From Shigella phage Sf14: a stretch of 64,000 nucleotides of DNA. Positions within the stretch are counted from its first letter, which is position 1, and the number at the start of each line of letters is the position of its first letter. Below the pieces are notes generated by a model that saw only the letters and a program-made list of their open reading frames with translations, did not search any database and had not been told where the DNA came from. This document shows positions 23,421-33,428 of this stretch, in pieces. Made by a program: the position numbers and the translations under genes. The stretch lies in the sequence record MF327003, one strand, 5' to 3'.

Positions 23421-24521
23421 CTATTCATAGTCTCGAATTACTAGCCCAACAGGGAACTGTAAAGAACCCTTACGAGTCATCTTCTGGAACTGAACCGTTA
23501 AAGGTTTCCCGATAAATTCTTCAGGATGTTCAGCAAGATACTGTTTCTTCTCGTGTGTAGTTTTCCATGAAACATCTACAAAGACGTTAGGAAGAGTCTC
23601 TACAACGAACTTACCATGACCACGTTTATCAGTCTTTACACCAGTTACTTTAAATTCCTGTGTGTGCATCTTCTTGTGCTTAATCAGGAAGTAAGAGCGA
23701 TGACCACACTCATAGAACGAATCTGGTGAGATTGACCGATACATTGCCCCTTCAAACTTGAGTTTAACCCAATTGTCATGAGCATTATCAAATTCTTCCC
23801 AAGAGTTAACACGGATTGTCTGAACAGGTACAACCCTGCAAGCATCACCGAGTTCAACGATTGGTGAATTATCAATAACTTCACGACGCTCAGGCCAAGA
23901 TTTAGTCTTGTCACAGATATCATACCAGTAGAATTTAAGAAGGTGACGGTCTGGATTGTCAGCATTCTTAATCATAGACACAATATCTTCCAAGTCCCAA
24001 CCATGAGCATAAATCTCACCGTCGAAATCTTCAACATCTTTGTGCAGTTTCAGCATAAGAAGAACATCAGGAATCAACTCTACAGGAATGTTGTATACCG
24101 TGTTCTCACGAGAGTATGCTGTAAAACTTTCTGAGTCAGCATCTCTTGAAATCCTGCAACGAACCCCGTCAAGTTTAGGTTGAGCATCGGCAGGGAATAC
24201 CAGATACTTCTTGTGACTTATCTTGGAAGCATCCTGAGCAAGCTGTACACCAACCTTCTCAACATTCTCTGCTTCAGACTTTGTGTAAGCATACCCTTTA
24301 CGGTCAACCTGCTTCTTGTACTTAGCAGCAACTTCAAAGAGAGCTTGCTGTTCAGCATTACGCTCATTCTTCTTACCGATGTTCTTAGGTTCTGCTGTGT
24401 ACTCTTCAAACATCATCTTGCCATTTTCTTTACCATAAGTTGTGACGACTTTATCACCTACAGCAACACATGACCAGACGTTGAAAGAACCATCTTTATT
24501 TTGTTTGTACAGAATTGTCAT
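23421..24521 (-). CDS. ATP-dependent DNA ligase
   Basis: Adenylation motif I KLDG (PKLDGVRCRI) and overall size 366 aa. Confidence 0.65.
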   Translation of the reverse strand: MTILYKQNKDGSFNVWSCVAVGDKVVTTYGKENGKMMFEEYTAEPKNIGKKNERNAEQQALFEVAAKYKKQVDRKGYAYTKSEAENVEKVGVQLAQDASKISHKKYLVFPADAQPKLDGVRCRISRDADSESFTAYSRENTVYNIPVELIPDVLLMLKLHKDVEDFDGEIYAHGWDLEDIVSMIKNADNPDRHLLKFYWYDICDKTKSWPERREVIDNSPIVELGDACRVVPVQTIRVNSWEEFDNAHDNWVKLKFEGAMYRSISPDSFYECGHRSYFLIKHKKMHTQEFKVTGVKTDKRGHGKFVVETLPNVFVDVSWKTTHEKKQYLAEHPEEFIGKPLTVQFQKMTRKGSLQFPVGLVIRDYE

Positions 24522-24612
24522 TTATTACGTGCCTCACAAGCTAGACAACCTTTTGTGAAAAATGAGTGCCAAGAGCACCCTCCAAAATCTTCAGAGATGA
24601 TACGTAAGACTC

Positions 24613-24870
24613 TCATTGCCACTTACCTTTTAAATACACATTTACAACTTGGTGGTCATAGCCATCTTTAAGTTTATGCTTGACCTCTTCAACTCTGTAG
24701 TTCCAATCATTAATCTCAACAGTCTCCCCTTCTCGTGGAATAACTGGATTGCGTTGAGCTACAGTCATAGTGCTGAAGATGTTTTCATACTTATAGATAA
24801 AGTTTACTAGAACCTGCATATCAATATCCTTCATCAAAAACTGTGGTGTGTGACTGACTATTCTTCCCAT
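24613..24870 (-). CDS. hypothetical protein (start uncertain, overlaps lipoprotein gene)
   Basis: 85 aa ORF; internal Met candidates near 24834/24819. Confidence 0.25.
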   Translation of the reverse strand: MGRIVSHTPQFLMKDIDMQVLVNFIYKYENIFSTMTVAQRNPVIPREGETVEINDWNYRVEEVKHKLKDGYDHQVVNVYLKGKWQ

Positions 24871-25066
24871 ACTTGTAAGAAGTTGTCGTCTGAGAATTTG
24901 GGCAGCGAACTACAATAACATCTCTGCTAGTGGCATCACCATTAAGCTTGTAAATCTTACAGTCTTGCATTTCTGGAGGAAGTCTGTAAGAAGCATCCTT
25001 GTTCTCATAAGAAGGGTTGCACCCCACCAGTAGGACCGCTAAAGCTGGTATCAATAATTTTAACAT
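24821..25066 (-). CDS. small lipoprotein
   Basis: Signal peptide with lipobox LLVGC (MLKLLIPALAVLLVGC); GAGAGG RBS. Confidence 0.5.
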   Translation of the reverse strand: MLKLLIPALAVLLVGCNPSYENKDASYRLPPEMQDCKIYKLNGDATSRDVIVVRCPNSQTTTSYKYGKNSQSHTTVFDEGY

Positions 25067-25076
25067 TTTAAACCTC

Positions 25077-25343
25077 TCAATAAAATAAATCTGAAGCTTT
25101 TGAATTTACAGGATTCAAAGAACCTTCGTAATGTTCTTCATAACCCTCTTGGCAGATATTATACAGTTCTTTGAATCGGGTTTCATCAACTGGTTTAACA
25201 TCTTTCTTAGCGCATAAGAAGAGATACCAATCATACCCCAAATCTCTGCACCAAGCCTCTGAGACAAAAGCTATTGATTTGTCTTCGCTCTTGAAGATTA
25301 CTAAAGCTTCTTGCTCTTTATTGCTCATTTTTGGTGTCTCCAA
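25077..25343 (-). CDS. hypothetical protein
   Basis: 88 aa ORF. Confidence 0.3.
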   Translation of the reverse strand: METPKMSNKEQEALVIFKSEDKSIAFVSEAWCRDLGYDWYLFLCAKKDVKPVDETRFKELYNICQEGYEEHYEGSLNPVNSKASDLFY

Positions 25344-25534
25344 AATTCAATATCAATAAGTTCCTGTGCAATACTCTTCAGATTCCCTTTCAAGAAAACC
25401 TTTTCAGAGTTAGGTAGGCTTGCATTATCAATGAGTCTATTCATTCTGTCAAAAAGAGTTTTCTTCCGATTCTTGATAGTCTCTTTTGAAGCCCCTTGCA
25501 TCATGGCAAGATGAGTTCTTCCACGATGGCTCAT
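25325..25534 (-). CDS. hypothetical protein
   Basis: 69 aa ORF. Confidence 0.25.
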   Translation of the reverse strand: MSHRGRTHLAMMQGASKETIKNRKKTLFDRMNRLIDNASLPNSEKVFLKGNLKSIAQELIDIEFWRHQK

Positions 25535-25731
25535 AGACGTTCACCTTTAAGGTAGCCTGTCTTATCCTTGATAATCTTGCCCCCAGCGATAAAAATATCA
25601 ACCTTGAAAAGATTTTCATTAGAAAGCTTGAGGTGCTTATGGCTACTGCAAATGATGATGCACATAGATTCAATCTCACTTTGAGAGTATCCAGCACATT
25701 GCAGTTGAACTTCAATTTCTGAAATAGTCAT
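25531..25731 (-). CDS. hypothetical protein
   Basis: 66 aa ORF, ATGA-coupled. Confidence 0.25.
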   Translation of the reverse strand: MTISEIEVQLQCAGYSQSEIESMCIIICSSHKHLKLSNENLFKVDIFIAGGKIIKDKTGYLKGERL

Positions 25732-25792
25732 ACAAGTCTCCTATACAATATAGAGTATAAGGTACTCTTCCATGAGCACCTTGTCAACACTA

Positions 25793-28492
25793 TTAGTGGA
25801 CTTCAAGCCACGATTTACCAACTTTCCCTGCACCTGTGACCAATGTCTCTTTTCTTAGCCCAAGGTTCTTAGATGCTTGACCATAATACCAGTCAGTTAC
25901 TGCTTTCACATCTGCTGTCATGCTCTCTGGACATTCCCAGCTTGTTTCATCGTGGTAAGCACAGAGTAAGCGAGCACCAATAGCTGGTTTACGACCATTC
26001 AACTTCATCAAACCTTCGTCAATCATACGACGACATGCAAGGTTGATTGCTTCATTCTGAACTTGTGCTTCTGAACCCATCAGCAAATAGTTCAAGAGTT
26101 TGTGTGGAGACTTACACCACAGCCAAGCCCCAGCAACCTTCACAAAACCACCTTTAGAGATTGCAGCAGTCTTACCAAACACCTCTTCAAGTGCTTTCTT
26201 AGTTGCTTTGAAATCAGCTTCCAAGTTGTCTAACAGTTTCTTAATCTTCGGTAAACGCACAAAGTAAGTCTGCTTAGTCAATGCACCTTCCTGAGTAGTT
26301 GCTGCTTTAATTGTTTTAGCAAACTTCTCATCACCTGCACCGAACAACAGGGCATAGATACCATTCTTAGCTTTCTTACGTCCCTTGCTAATCTCATGAA
26401 GAAGATTCTCATCCTGAGTAGCACGACAAGTCAAGATATCTTGCTCATCATTAAGGCTGAAGTAGATACTGTTCAGGGTGTGAGCATCAGTCCCTGAGTA
26501 AACTACGTACAAATCGTTTTCAGAGTCATAACGCAGATACTTGTCAATCTCTGGATTCAGATACTGGTCAAAGTGTTTGCAGTAGTATCTTCCATCCTCT
26601 TGACGAACAAACTCAATCTCTTCTTTACCCTCTGTTACCGCTTTGGTGAAGTCTTTATCACCCATGAAGTTACAGAGTAGTACAAGCTGTGCAGAGTTCA
26701 TATCAACAGATACTACGTTGGTTCCCTCTTCACAAATCCACACTGCCCTCATTGGTTCACCGTACACGGCAGCACCGGAAGGTACGTTCACAATACCATA
26801 CTGAGTCATACGTCCAGTAGAAGTGCCAAACACCATTGCACCTGCACTCAAACGACCATCTGGACGAATCTGGTTCAGCCAACCTTTCTCATCATCCTTT
26901 GAGTTCTCAATAGTCCTGCGTCGGTGCATCAAAGTATAGTACTTTGCAATCTTCTGTCCAAGCTCACCTTCGATTGTATCATAAGAAGATTCTGTAAGCT
27001 TTGGTGAAGTCCTAATCAAGCAAGGCTCAAGCACATCTGTGTACTTCTTAACAGACCAGTTATGCTCAATGTAATAGACGCCTTCATGCTCAATATAGCT
27101 CAACCCACAACGTTCAACCATCTCATCCCACTTAGGATGTTTGCGAATCATCTTTTTATTGTCTTTGAATCTGCAAACCTTGATAGGACGACCATCAGAA
27201 TCTTTTTTATAGTTCCAATCATCAGGAATCCAACCAACAGACTTTAAGTAATCCTTCACCACAGCTACCTGAGTCATTCGTGAAACTTCAAACTCAATTG
27301 GTGTAAATGGTGCATCAATCAAACCAGTGTAGCGACTAGACTCTAACTCGAAGTGGTTAACAACGTGAACATTGTAGTACTTCACAGTTTTCACAGTCTT
27401 AACTGGCTTCCAATCTTTACACTTCTTGCCAATCTTCTCATTCAGTTCATTACAAACTGCACGAGCATCTTTCATTGCTACAAAACCTTCAGGGTACTCT
27501 TCTTTTGTTACCGTGTTAGTTGGAGTGTAGCAGTTGCGTTTCTCAACATTAAAAATCTTTGTAGTTGGCTTTCCATACGGCTTGATAGGGTACTGCTTCA
27601 ACTCACCTTCACGCATCTGTTCACGATACTTTGTCTTAGGGTACTTGGTAATCCTTTTTAAACCGTCAACGTGACCAAATGTATCTACATACTCGTTCCA
27701 AGACTTGGCAAATTCTTCACCTGTAACTTTACCTTTTGTCTTAATAGTTGGTGGAAGGTGTGGTTCAACCTCAGCAGCCAACTCATTAGTTAACTTGTCA
27801 AGTTCTTTAACGTGGAACTGCATAAGTTCTACATCAGCTTTCCAACCGTTGATAGCTTGCTGACTCATCCAGAAGGATGTTTCTTTAGCTCGCATGTAGG
27901 TTTCATAAGTGTCAACACCACACTTCTTAAGCTTGAGGTACTCATTATCAAGAGCACGTTTAGTTTTGGCGTTAATCTTAATATCTTCTACAACACGAGT
28001 AAGAATCTCTGCATTCCAGACACCCCACTCTTCAATCTCTGGTTTACGGACACCTACACGAGCACCCCATGCAGCCAAACCATGAGCACCTTTGTAACCT
28101 TTTGGCGTAGGTCTATCCATCCACTGTACGCGAGATTGGATAAGTGAATCCTGAAAGAAGTCACTCCAAGGCTTACACTTAGGGTTCTCAAAGTTCCACA
28201 GGTCAGGTGCAATGTGATTAAACACCCACCAGTCATAACCCAAACCATTGTGGATGCAAAGGCGTTTAGCTTTCAGTGCAAACTCAACACCTTCACGCAG
28301 ACCACCTTTGATGTATTTTGTATACTTGTGACCAAGAATAGGCTCATCAGTGAAAACCCACACAGCAGGTTCATCACTGTCATCTTTATAGTCTGCGAAA
28401 GCCATTACGTGTGCTTTTGTAAACTCAAGGAGCAACCCATCAGTTTCTGTATCACCAACCAAATGTAATTTTTCGAAATCTACATTGTCCAT
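25793..28492 (-). CDS. DNA polymerase, family A, with N-terminal 3'-5' exonuclease domain
   Basis: Exo I motif DTETDGL near N-terminus; pol motifs RKKAKNGIYALLFGAG (motif B-like) and YHDE (motif C-like); 899 aa. Confidence 0.8.
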   Translation of the reverse strand: MDNVDFEKLHLVGDTETDGLLLEFTKAHVMAFADYKDDSDEPAVWVFTDEPILGHKYTKYIKGGLREGVEFALKAKRLCIHNGLGYDWWVFNHIAPDLWNFENPKCKPWSDFFQDSLIQSRVQWMDRPTPKGYKGAHGLAAWGARVGVRKPEIEEWGVWNAEILTRVVEDIKINAKTKRALDNEYLKLKKCGVDTYETYMRAKETSFWMSQQAINGWKADVELMQFHVKELDKLTNELAAEVEPHLPPTIKTKGKVTGEEFAKSWNEYVDTFGHVDGLKRITKYPKTKYREQMREGELKQYPIKPYGKPTTKIFNVEKRNCYTPTNTVTKEEYPEGFVAMKDARAVCNELNEKIGKKCKDWKPVKTVKTVKYYNVHVVNHFELESSRYTGLIDAPFTPIEFEVSRMTQVAVVKDYLKSVGWIPDDWNYKKDSDGRPIKVCRFKDNKKMIRKHPKWDEMVERCGLSYIEHEGVYYIEHNWSVKKYTDVLEPCLIRTSPKLTESSYDTIEGELGQKIAKYYTLMHRRRTIENSKDDEKGWLNQIRPDGRLSAGAMVFGTSTGRMTQYGIVNVPSGAAVYGEPMRAVWICEEGTNVVSVDMNSAQLVLLCNFMGDKDFTKAVTEGKEEIEFVRQEDGRYYCKHFDQYLNPEIDKYLRYDSENDLYVVYSGTDAHTLNSIYFSLNDEQDILTCRATQDENLLHEISKGRKKAKNGIYALLFGAGDEKFAKTIKAATTQEGALTKQTYFVRLPKIKKLLDNLEADFKATKKALEEVFGKTAAISKGGFVKVAGAWLWCKSPHKLLNYLLMGSEAQVQNEAINLACRRMIDEGLMKLNGRKPAIGARLLCAYHDETSWECPESMTADVKAVTDWYYGQASKNLGLRKETLVTGAGKVGKSWLEVH

Positions 28493-28751
28493 TTTTACTC
28501 CCTCTCAAATCATTCTGGATAATACCCTACAGCAATTTTCTTCAAAAAGCAAGTTGACAAACTACTTGACAAGGTGTTAGTCTTTTCGAAGTGGGTTTTA
28601 TCTTAATAGACTCCCTTTATAGATTAACTATACAGTTTCTTTAAAAGTCTTAAAAGATTTTTAATAGCTTTTAAAAAGCTTTAAAGTTATATGTATAACA
28701 TACATAAAGATAAGAGATTAAAATCTTTATAGATACTTAACAGAGGCAATC
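28493..28751. promoter_or_regulatory. AT-rich divergent intergenic region between polymerase (-) and + strand replication genes
   Basis: Two TTGACA copies 12 bp apart (28554, 28566); reiterated A/T words (TTAAAAGTCT, TAAAAGATT, TTTTAAAAAGCTTTAAAG). Confidence 0.35.
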
Positions 28752-29192
28752 ATGCAGAGGATGTACGTTCACCCAGATATCAATAACCTTGTCCAAGCTT
28801 TAGAAAGAGTTGAAGCACTTTACATTGAGGCTCAGAAGGAGTATGCTTATCAACATCGTCGAATGGTTGATGTTCAGCATGAGATAGAACTATCAAGTGG
28901 ATACGACGAAGGTTTAAAGTGTTCTGTATTTGAGCACATGAAAGAGATATCTTCAGAAAGACGTAAAGCGAAAGACACAATCTTTTTGATAGATACCTTA
29001 AAAAATAAGTTGCAAAATGGAACGGACTTAGATAGTCTATCCCAACTGCTTCAGGATGCAGAGAATACGTGGGACAGAAATTACTTCCCACGGTCTGAAA
29101 AAGGACTTGACTTCTCTTCACAAGAAAGCTTAAGATTATCACGACTTACTATTAACAAAATGAGAGAGATTAAAGATGAAAACTGTAAATGA
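28752..29192 (+). CDS. hypothetical protein
   Basis: 146 aa ORF with AGAGG RBS. Confidence 0.35.
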   Translation: MQRMYVHPDINNLVQALERVEALYIEAQKEYAYQHRRMVDVQHEIELSSGYDEGLKCSVFEHMKEISSERRKAKDTIFLIDTLKNKLQNGTDLDSLSQLLQDAENTWDRNYFPRSEKGLDFSSQESLRLSRLTINKMREIKDENCK

Positions 29193-29970
29193 GATTCTGG
29201 AAGAAAAAGGTATTGACGAAGCATTCATGCTGAACACTGTTGAGACTCTTGCTATCATTATGCGTAGCAACTCACTGTCAGGAAAATTTATCCCTGAATC
29301 TCTGCGTGTTGTAAAAAACGCTGTAGAGAATGACGAAGATTTCCGTAAAGAGGTTGAATACCTGCTGGCTAATAAGACTGATGCTCTGAAAACCATCCTC
29401 ATCGGTGTTGATGCTTTTGCAACATACATCTTTGATGAAATGTATTCAGGTGGATACATCCAGATTACTGAGCAGGGTATTAAAGAGCTCGATAACATGA
29501 GTGATGAAGACCTTCTGAAAGCTATTTGTACGCCAGTTGCTGCTGTAATGGCATCGCTAGAGAAGCGTATGAATGATAAGTCACCACGTTATGCAAAACT
29601 GGATTGGGGTTTTGATGAAGTCTCTGACAAGGCAATTCAGTATGCTGATGAGACAATGAATAAGCTGTCAGAGATTACTAATGGTCTCTCTCTAGACCCT
29701 ATTCAGGTTAAAGTAACTTCAATGTTAAATGCCATCTTTAGTATCATGGGTATCCATGCTTTACTTGAAGTGTCAAAAATGTTAGAGTCTGACCCAAGCT
29801 TTGTAGAGAGCATGTCACAAGGTGCTCATACAGCAGCACTCGGAGAAGTATTTAGTCAAACTGGTGCAGCAGTTCTTAGCACCAAGATTGCAATCAACTT
29901 TGGTGAAGAGTTTGTTCAGCAGCTAGAAGCAATGTCTGAGCGTGAACTATCTGGTTCTAAACTACAATAA
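29176..29970 (+). CDS. hypothetical protein
   Basis: 264 aa ORF. Confidence 0.35.
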   Translation: MKTVNEILEEKGIDEAFMLNTVETLAIIMRSNSLSGKFIPESLRVVKNAVENDEDFRKEVEYLLANKTDALKTILIGVDAFATYIFDEMYSGGYIQITEQGIKELDNMSDEDLLKAICTPVAAVMASLEKRMNDKSPRYAKLDWGFDEVSDKAIQYADETMNKLSEITNGLSLDPIQVKVTSMLNAIFSIMGIHALLEVSKMLESDPSFVESMSQGAHTAALGEVFSQTGAAVLSTKIAINFGEEFVQQLEAMSERELSGSKLQ

Positions 29971-29984
29971 TTGTGGCATACCCT

Positions 29985-30011
29985 TAAGCCTCCTTAATTG
30001 GGGGCTTTTTA
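29985..30011 (+). terminator. putative intrinsic terminator
   Basis: AAGCCTCC...GGGGGCTT stem followed by TTTTTATT. Confidence 0.45.
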
Positions 30012-30027
30012 TTATGGAGTGACTGAT

Positions 30028-30768
30028 ATGAAAAGTGTTATTGCATTTACTGGAAAGGCTCGTTCTGGAAAGGATACATCTTGCAGCATTGTAAAAAATC
30101 TATTGAATGAGGCTGGATACACTGTTAAAGTGTTTGCGTTTGCCGATAACTTAAAAGCAACTGCTGGGTTTATCTTTGACTTGAACTGGCAAGACCTATA
30201 TGGTGATACGAAAGAAACACCTAAAAAGTTTAGCTTAGATTTTGACAATCTTAACTCCCGTGTGGCATGGGCTTTCCAGTTAAACATGAAAAGTAAGGGC
30301 ATCCATGAAGATGCAAAACTTTGTGGTGAAATCACAGACAGGCTTATCAAAGAGCTAAAGAAAGTTGGTAAACCTACATTGCTTACAAAGCTTGGTTTGA
30401 AAAATGAATATATGATTTCCTCAAGACAAATACAGCAAGTCTGGGGTAGTGAGGTTATCCGTAAAATTCTTGGAGAGCGTTTCTGGATTACAGATTTGGC
30501 AGAACGTATTGAAAAATTCTATGGTGATTGCGTTAAGAAAAGTCACATAGGTATTGCACTGGTATGTGATTTAAGGTTTGATATTGAAGCTGAGTTCCTT
30601 CAAAGCTATGATAGCCAGATAATTGAGATTACAAGAAAAGATGCTATTCAGGTGGCTTCCCATAGCTCTGAACGTGGTATTTCCACTAACTTCTCTCGTG
30701 ATATTATCCAGAATAATGGAACGATGGAAGAATTAGAGAGTAAACTTAAAACCATTATCAATCTGTAA
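30028..30768 (+). CDS. P-loop kinase, dNMP-kinase-like
   Basis: Walker A AFTGKARSGKDT at N-terminus; ATG 30028 with GGAG RBS (track ORF begins at upstream TTG inside terminator). Confidence 0.45.
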   Translation: MKSVIAFTGKARSGKDTSCSIVKNLLNEAGYTVKVFAFADNLKATAGFIFDLNWQDLYGDTKETPKKFSLDFDNLNSRVAWAFQLNMKSKGIHEDAKLCGEITDRLIKELKKVGKPTLLTKLGLKNEYMISSRQIQQVWGSEVIRKILGERFWITDLAERIEKFYGDCVKKSHIGIALVCDLRFDIEAEFLQSYDSQIIEITRKDAIQVASHSSERGISTNFSRDIIQNNGTMEELESKLKTIINL

Positions 30769-30771
30769 AAG

Positions 30772-30972
30772 GTGTTGAAGATGAGAGAGAATAATTTTAA
30801 AGTAATTGACCACCGTACAGTGGAACTCTCATCTCTTTCCAAAGAAGTTATGATGGAGCGACTTGAAAGGGTCGCTTCAAGAAGGAAAGAGATTGCAGAA
30901 GAAATCCATGAGCTTGATAAGATTGAAAACGGTCTTAAGGCAGAACTACAACGAAGAGGTGTGAATGGCTAA
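30772..30972 (+). CDS. hypothetical protein
   Basis: 66 aa ORF overlapping primase-helicase start. Confidence 0.25.
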   Translation: MLKMRENNFKVIDHRTVELSSLSKEVMMERLERVASRRKEIAEEIHELDKIENGLKAELQRRGVNG

Positions 30973-32956
30973 ACAGAGAAAACTGAAAGATGCTGGAACA
31001 TTTGTAGGTCACTGTGCATGTCCACGCCCTCAATGTTTATCTTCAGATGCAGGTTCTATATATCGTCATGATGACGGTTCGTATTCAATGACATGTTTCA
31101 GTTGTGGAAAAGGTTTTCCAGAGTGGGATTTTGATAAAGGGCAGATTGTGAGCACTCATACTTCAGGTTCAGAGAATAAAAACCGTACATTTCGTGGTAT
31201 GGATTTGGATGATGTGAAAGAAAACCTAGAAGCAATGGATTTAAAAGACAGGAAGATTCCTGCAAAAGTCCTTGAGCGTCTTGGTATTAAAGTTGATATT
31301 GATGACAATGGTGATATTGATGCACATTTCTATCCAACATACAAAAAGGATGAAGATGGTAAGTTGCAACATGTAGGTTATCGTGTTCGTCACAAATATC
31401 CAGATGACTATCACAAAGAGCACTTACGTGGGAAGTTGAAAGACTTTTCTGGTGGTGTTGGAGATATTAAAGGTGAACTGGCTATGTTCGGTTCATGGAT
31501 TGCTCCAGAAGGTGGTAACCGTCTTTTCATCTGGGAAGGTGAGATGGAATGTGCTACAGCAATCTACATGACTTCTTTAGCAATTAAAGATAAGTCTAGA
31601 CGTAAGAATTACTGCCACGTTTCTGTACCATCTGGTGCTAATGTTAAGTCTATCAAGGAGAACTATCAGTATATTACTTCCTTTGATGAGATTTACCTAT
31701 GCTTTGATAATGATGAAGCAGGTGCTAAAGCAACTAAGGAAGCTGCTGGTATCTTACCTATTGAGAAAGTAAGACTGTTCCAGTATCCTGAAGGTATTAA
31801 AGACCTTAGTGAGTGGTGGACTAAGTTCTTCAAAGATAAAGATACAGTCTTAGAAGGATTTAAACAACGAATCTACAATGCACCTCGTTACTGCCCTGCT
31901 GGTATCAAGAACTTTGCAGACGGTTTCGACGCTATGAAGAATCGTGGTCAGATTCCTTTAATTCCTTTCCCAGATTCTTTCGGGGATTTGAATAAGCTGA
32001 CTTATGGCGGGTATGGTTTAGGTGAGATTACAACCCTTGCTGCACCTTCATCTGTAGGTAAATCTGCATATACTCGTGAGATGATTTACAAAGCATGGAA
32101 AGATACTGAGTACAACATCGGTGTAATTCCTGTAGAAGATACTTACGAAGAACTTATGGAAATGCTCTGTGCAATCCATCTTAGTAAGCAGATTTCAGAG
32201 ATTCCTTATGATGAACGTAATTGGGATGAGATTAAGGTTGCACATGCTGAGTTGTCAAAGGGTCGTCGTATTCACATCGTAGACCACCAAGGGGCAATTG
32301 ACCAAGATAACCTGCTGGAGTTTGTTGACTATCTGGTTAACAGTCTTGATTGTAAGATTATCATCCTTGACCCTATTACATTGGCGCTGTCACGCTCTGA
32401 TACAGATGAAGAAGAAGTTCTGTCTGAGTTACTTCGTCGCTGTAAGCGTTATCAGTATGCTCAGGTAAACGTGTGTCACGTTCGTAAGAGTGCAGGTGGT
32501 CAAAAGGCCAACTCTGAAGGTGGTGATATTTCTGAAGAAGATATCAAGGGTTCTGGTGCATACTTCCAGATTTCCATGAACAACATTTTGCTTATGCGTA
32601 ACAAGGTTGACCCAGACCCTGTTAAAAAGAACTTGACAAAAATCAAGCTAACAAAATGTCGCCGTCATGGTAAGTCAACTGGTATTGCTGGTCACACTTG
32701 GTATAATCCAGATACAGGTCGTCTTGTAAAGGCTGCTGGATGTGGTGTTGATATTGATGGTGCAGCAGAGAATATTCGTCAGCAGTTTGGTATTGGTGAG
32801 GCTGAAGACCATTACGATGACTCTATGCCACACTATGAAGATGTTGATTTTGACCGTGAATCTGGAGAGATTTACACACAAGAACAACGTGAAAGTTCCA
32901 CCATTCCACCTGTGATTAACGAGGATAATGATGACTGTCCGTTCGAAACTGATTGA
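30965..32956 (+). CDS. DNA primase-helicase (zinc-finger/TOPRIM primase plus DnaB-like helicase)
   Basis: N-terminal Cys4 zinc finger (CACPRPQC...CFSCG), central DxD-type TOPRIM-like region, Walker A AAPSSVGKSAY in C-terminal helicase domain. Confidence 0.75.
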   Translation: MAKQRKLKDAGTFVGHCACPRPQCLSSDAGSIYRHDDGSYSMTCFSCGKGFPEWDFDKGQIVSTHTSGSENKNRTFRGMDLDDVKENLEAMDLKDRKIPAKVLERLGIKVDIDDNGDIDAHFYPTYKKDEDGKLQHVGYRVRHKYPDDYHKEHLRGKLKDFSGGVGDIKGELAMFGSWIAPEGGNRLFIWEGEMECATAIYMTSLAIKDKSRRKNYCHVSVPSGANVKSIKENYQYITSFDEIYLCFDNDEAGAKATKEAAGILPIEKVRLFQYPEGIKDLSEWWTKFFKDKDTVLEGFKQRIYNAPRYCPAGIKNFADGFDAMKNRGQIPLIPFPDSFGDLNKLTYGGYGLGEITTLAAPSSVGKSAYTREMIYKAWKDTEYNIGVIPVEDTYEELMEMLCAIHLSKQISEIPYDERNWDEIKVAHAELSKGRRIHIVDHQGAIDQDNLLEFVDYLVNSLDCKIIILDPITLALSRSDTDEEEVLSELLRRCKRYQYAQVNVCHVRKSAGGQKANSEGGDISEEDIKGSGAYFQISMNNILLMRNKVDPDPVKKNLTKIKLTKCRRHGKSTGIAGHTWYNPDTGRLVKAAGCGVDIDGAAENIRQQFGIGEAEDHYDDSMPHYEDVDFDRESGEIYTQEQRESSTIPPVINEDNDDCPFETD

Positions 32957-33209
32957 TAGTTATCTGAAGGAGGGTTTTGAACCCTTCTATTCAGAAGAAA
33001 GTAGAAAAAAATTTGTAAAAGAGTGCTTGACTAAGATAGAGCAGTTCGGTAAAGTACTCATCAACAAGGGACATGAAGTAAAGTTTGAACACTTATCAAA
33101 AGATAATGTTGAGCAATTTGCATTAGCGATTGATGGGTTATCTACAGTTTACATCTTTACCTTGACTAATAAACATTTTGAATATGAAATATATCGGAGA
33201 GATTCATGA
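32928..33209 (+). CDS. hypothetical protein
   Basis: 93 aa ORF. Confidence 0.3.
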   Translation: MMTVRSKLIDSYLKEGFEPFYSEESRKKFVKECLTKIEQFGKVLINKGHEVKFEHLSKDNVEQFALAIDGLSTVYIFTLTNKHFEYEIYRRDS

Positions 33210-33343
33210 AACATTCTAAAGCATTCGAGAAAGTATTTGGCGATTCCATGAAAGCAACTGCTGGTAAATCTGCTGAACACTATGTACAGAAGCGAGTTCG
33301 TACAGGTAAGACGGCTCGTAAAGCAGCTAAGAAATCTGCTTAA
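33206..33343 (+). CDS. small basic protein (45 aa, below ORF-track cutoff)
   Basis: ATG with GGAGAG RBS, ATGA overlap with upstream stop; Lys/Arg-rich; read manually. Confidence 0.35.
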   Translation: MKHSKAFEKVFGDSMKATAGKSAEHYVQKRVRTGKTARKAAKKSA

Positions 33344-33428
33344 AGTGTTTGACAAGGGAGTACGAAGTCTGTAAGATTGTACTCCTTGATAGTTGAGTTG
33401 AAAGTTAATTTGAGAAAGAGGTATTAAA

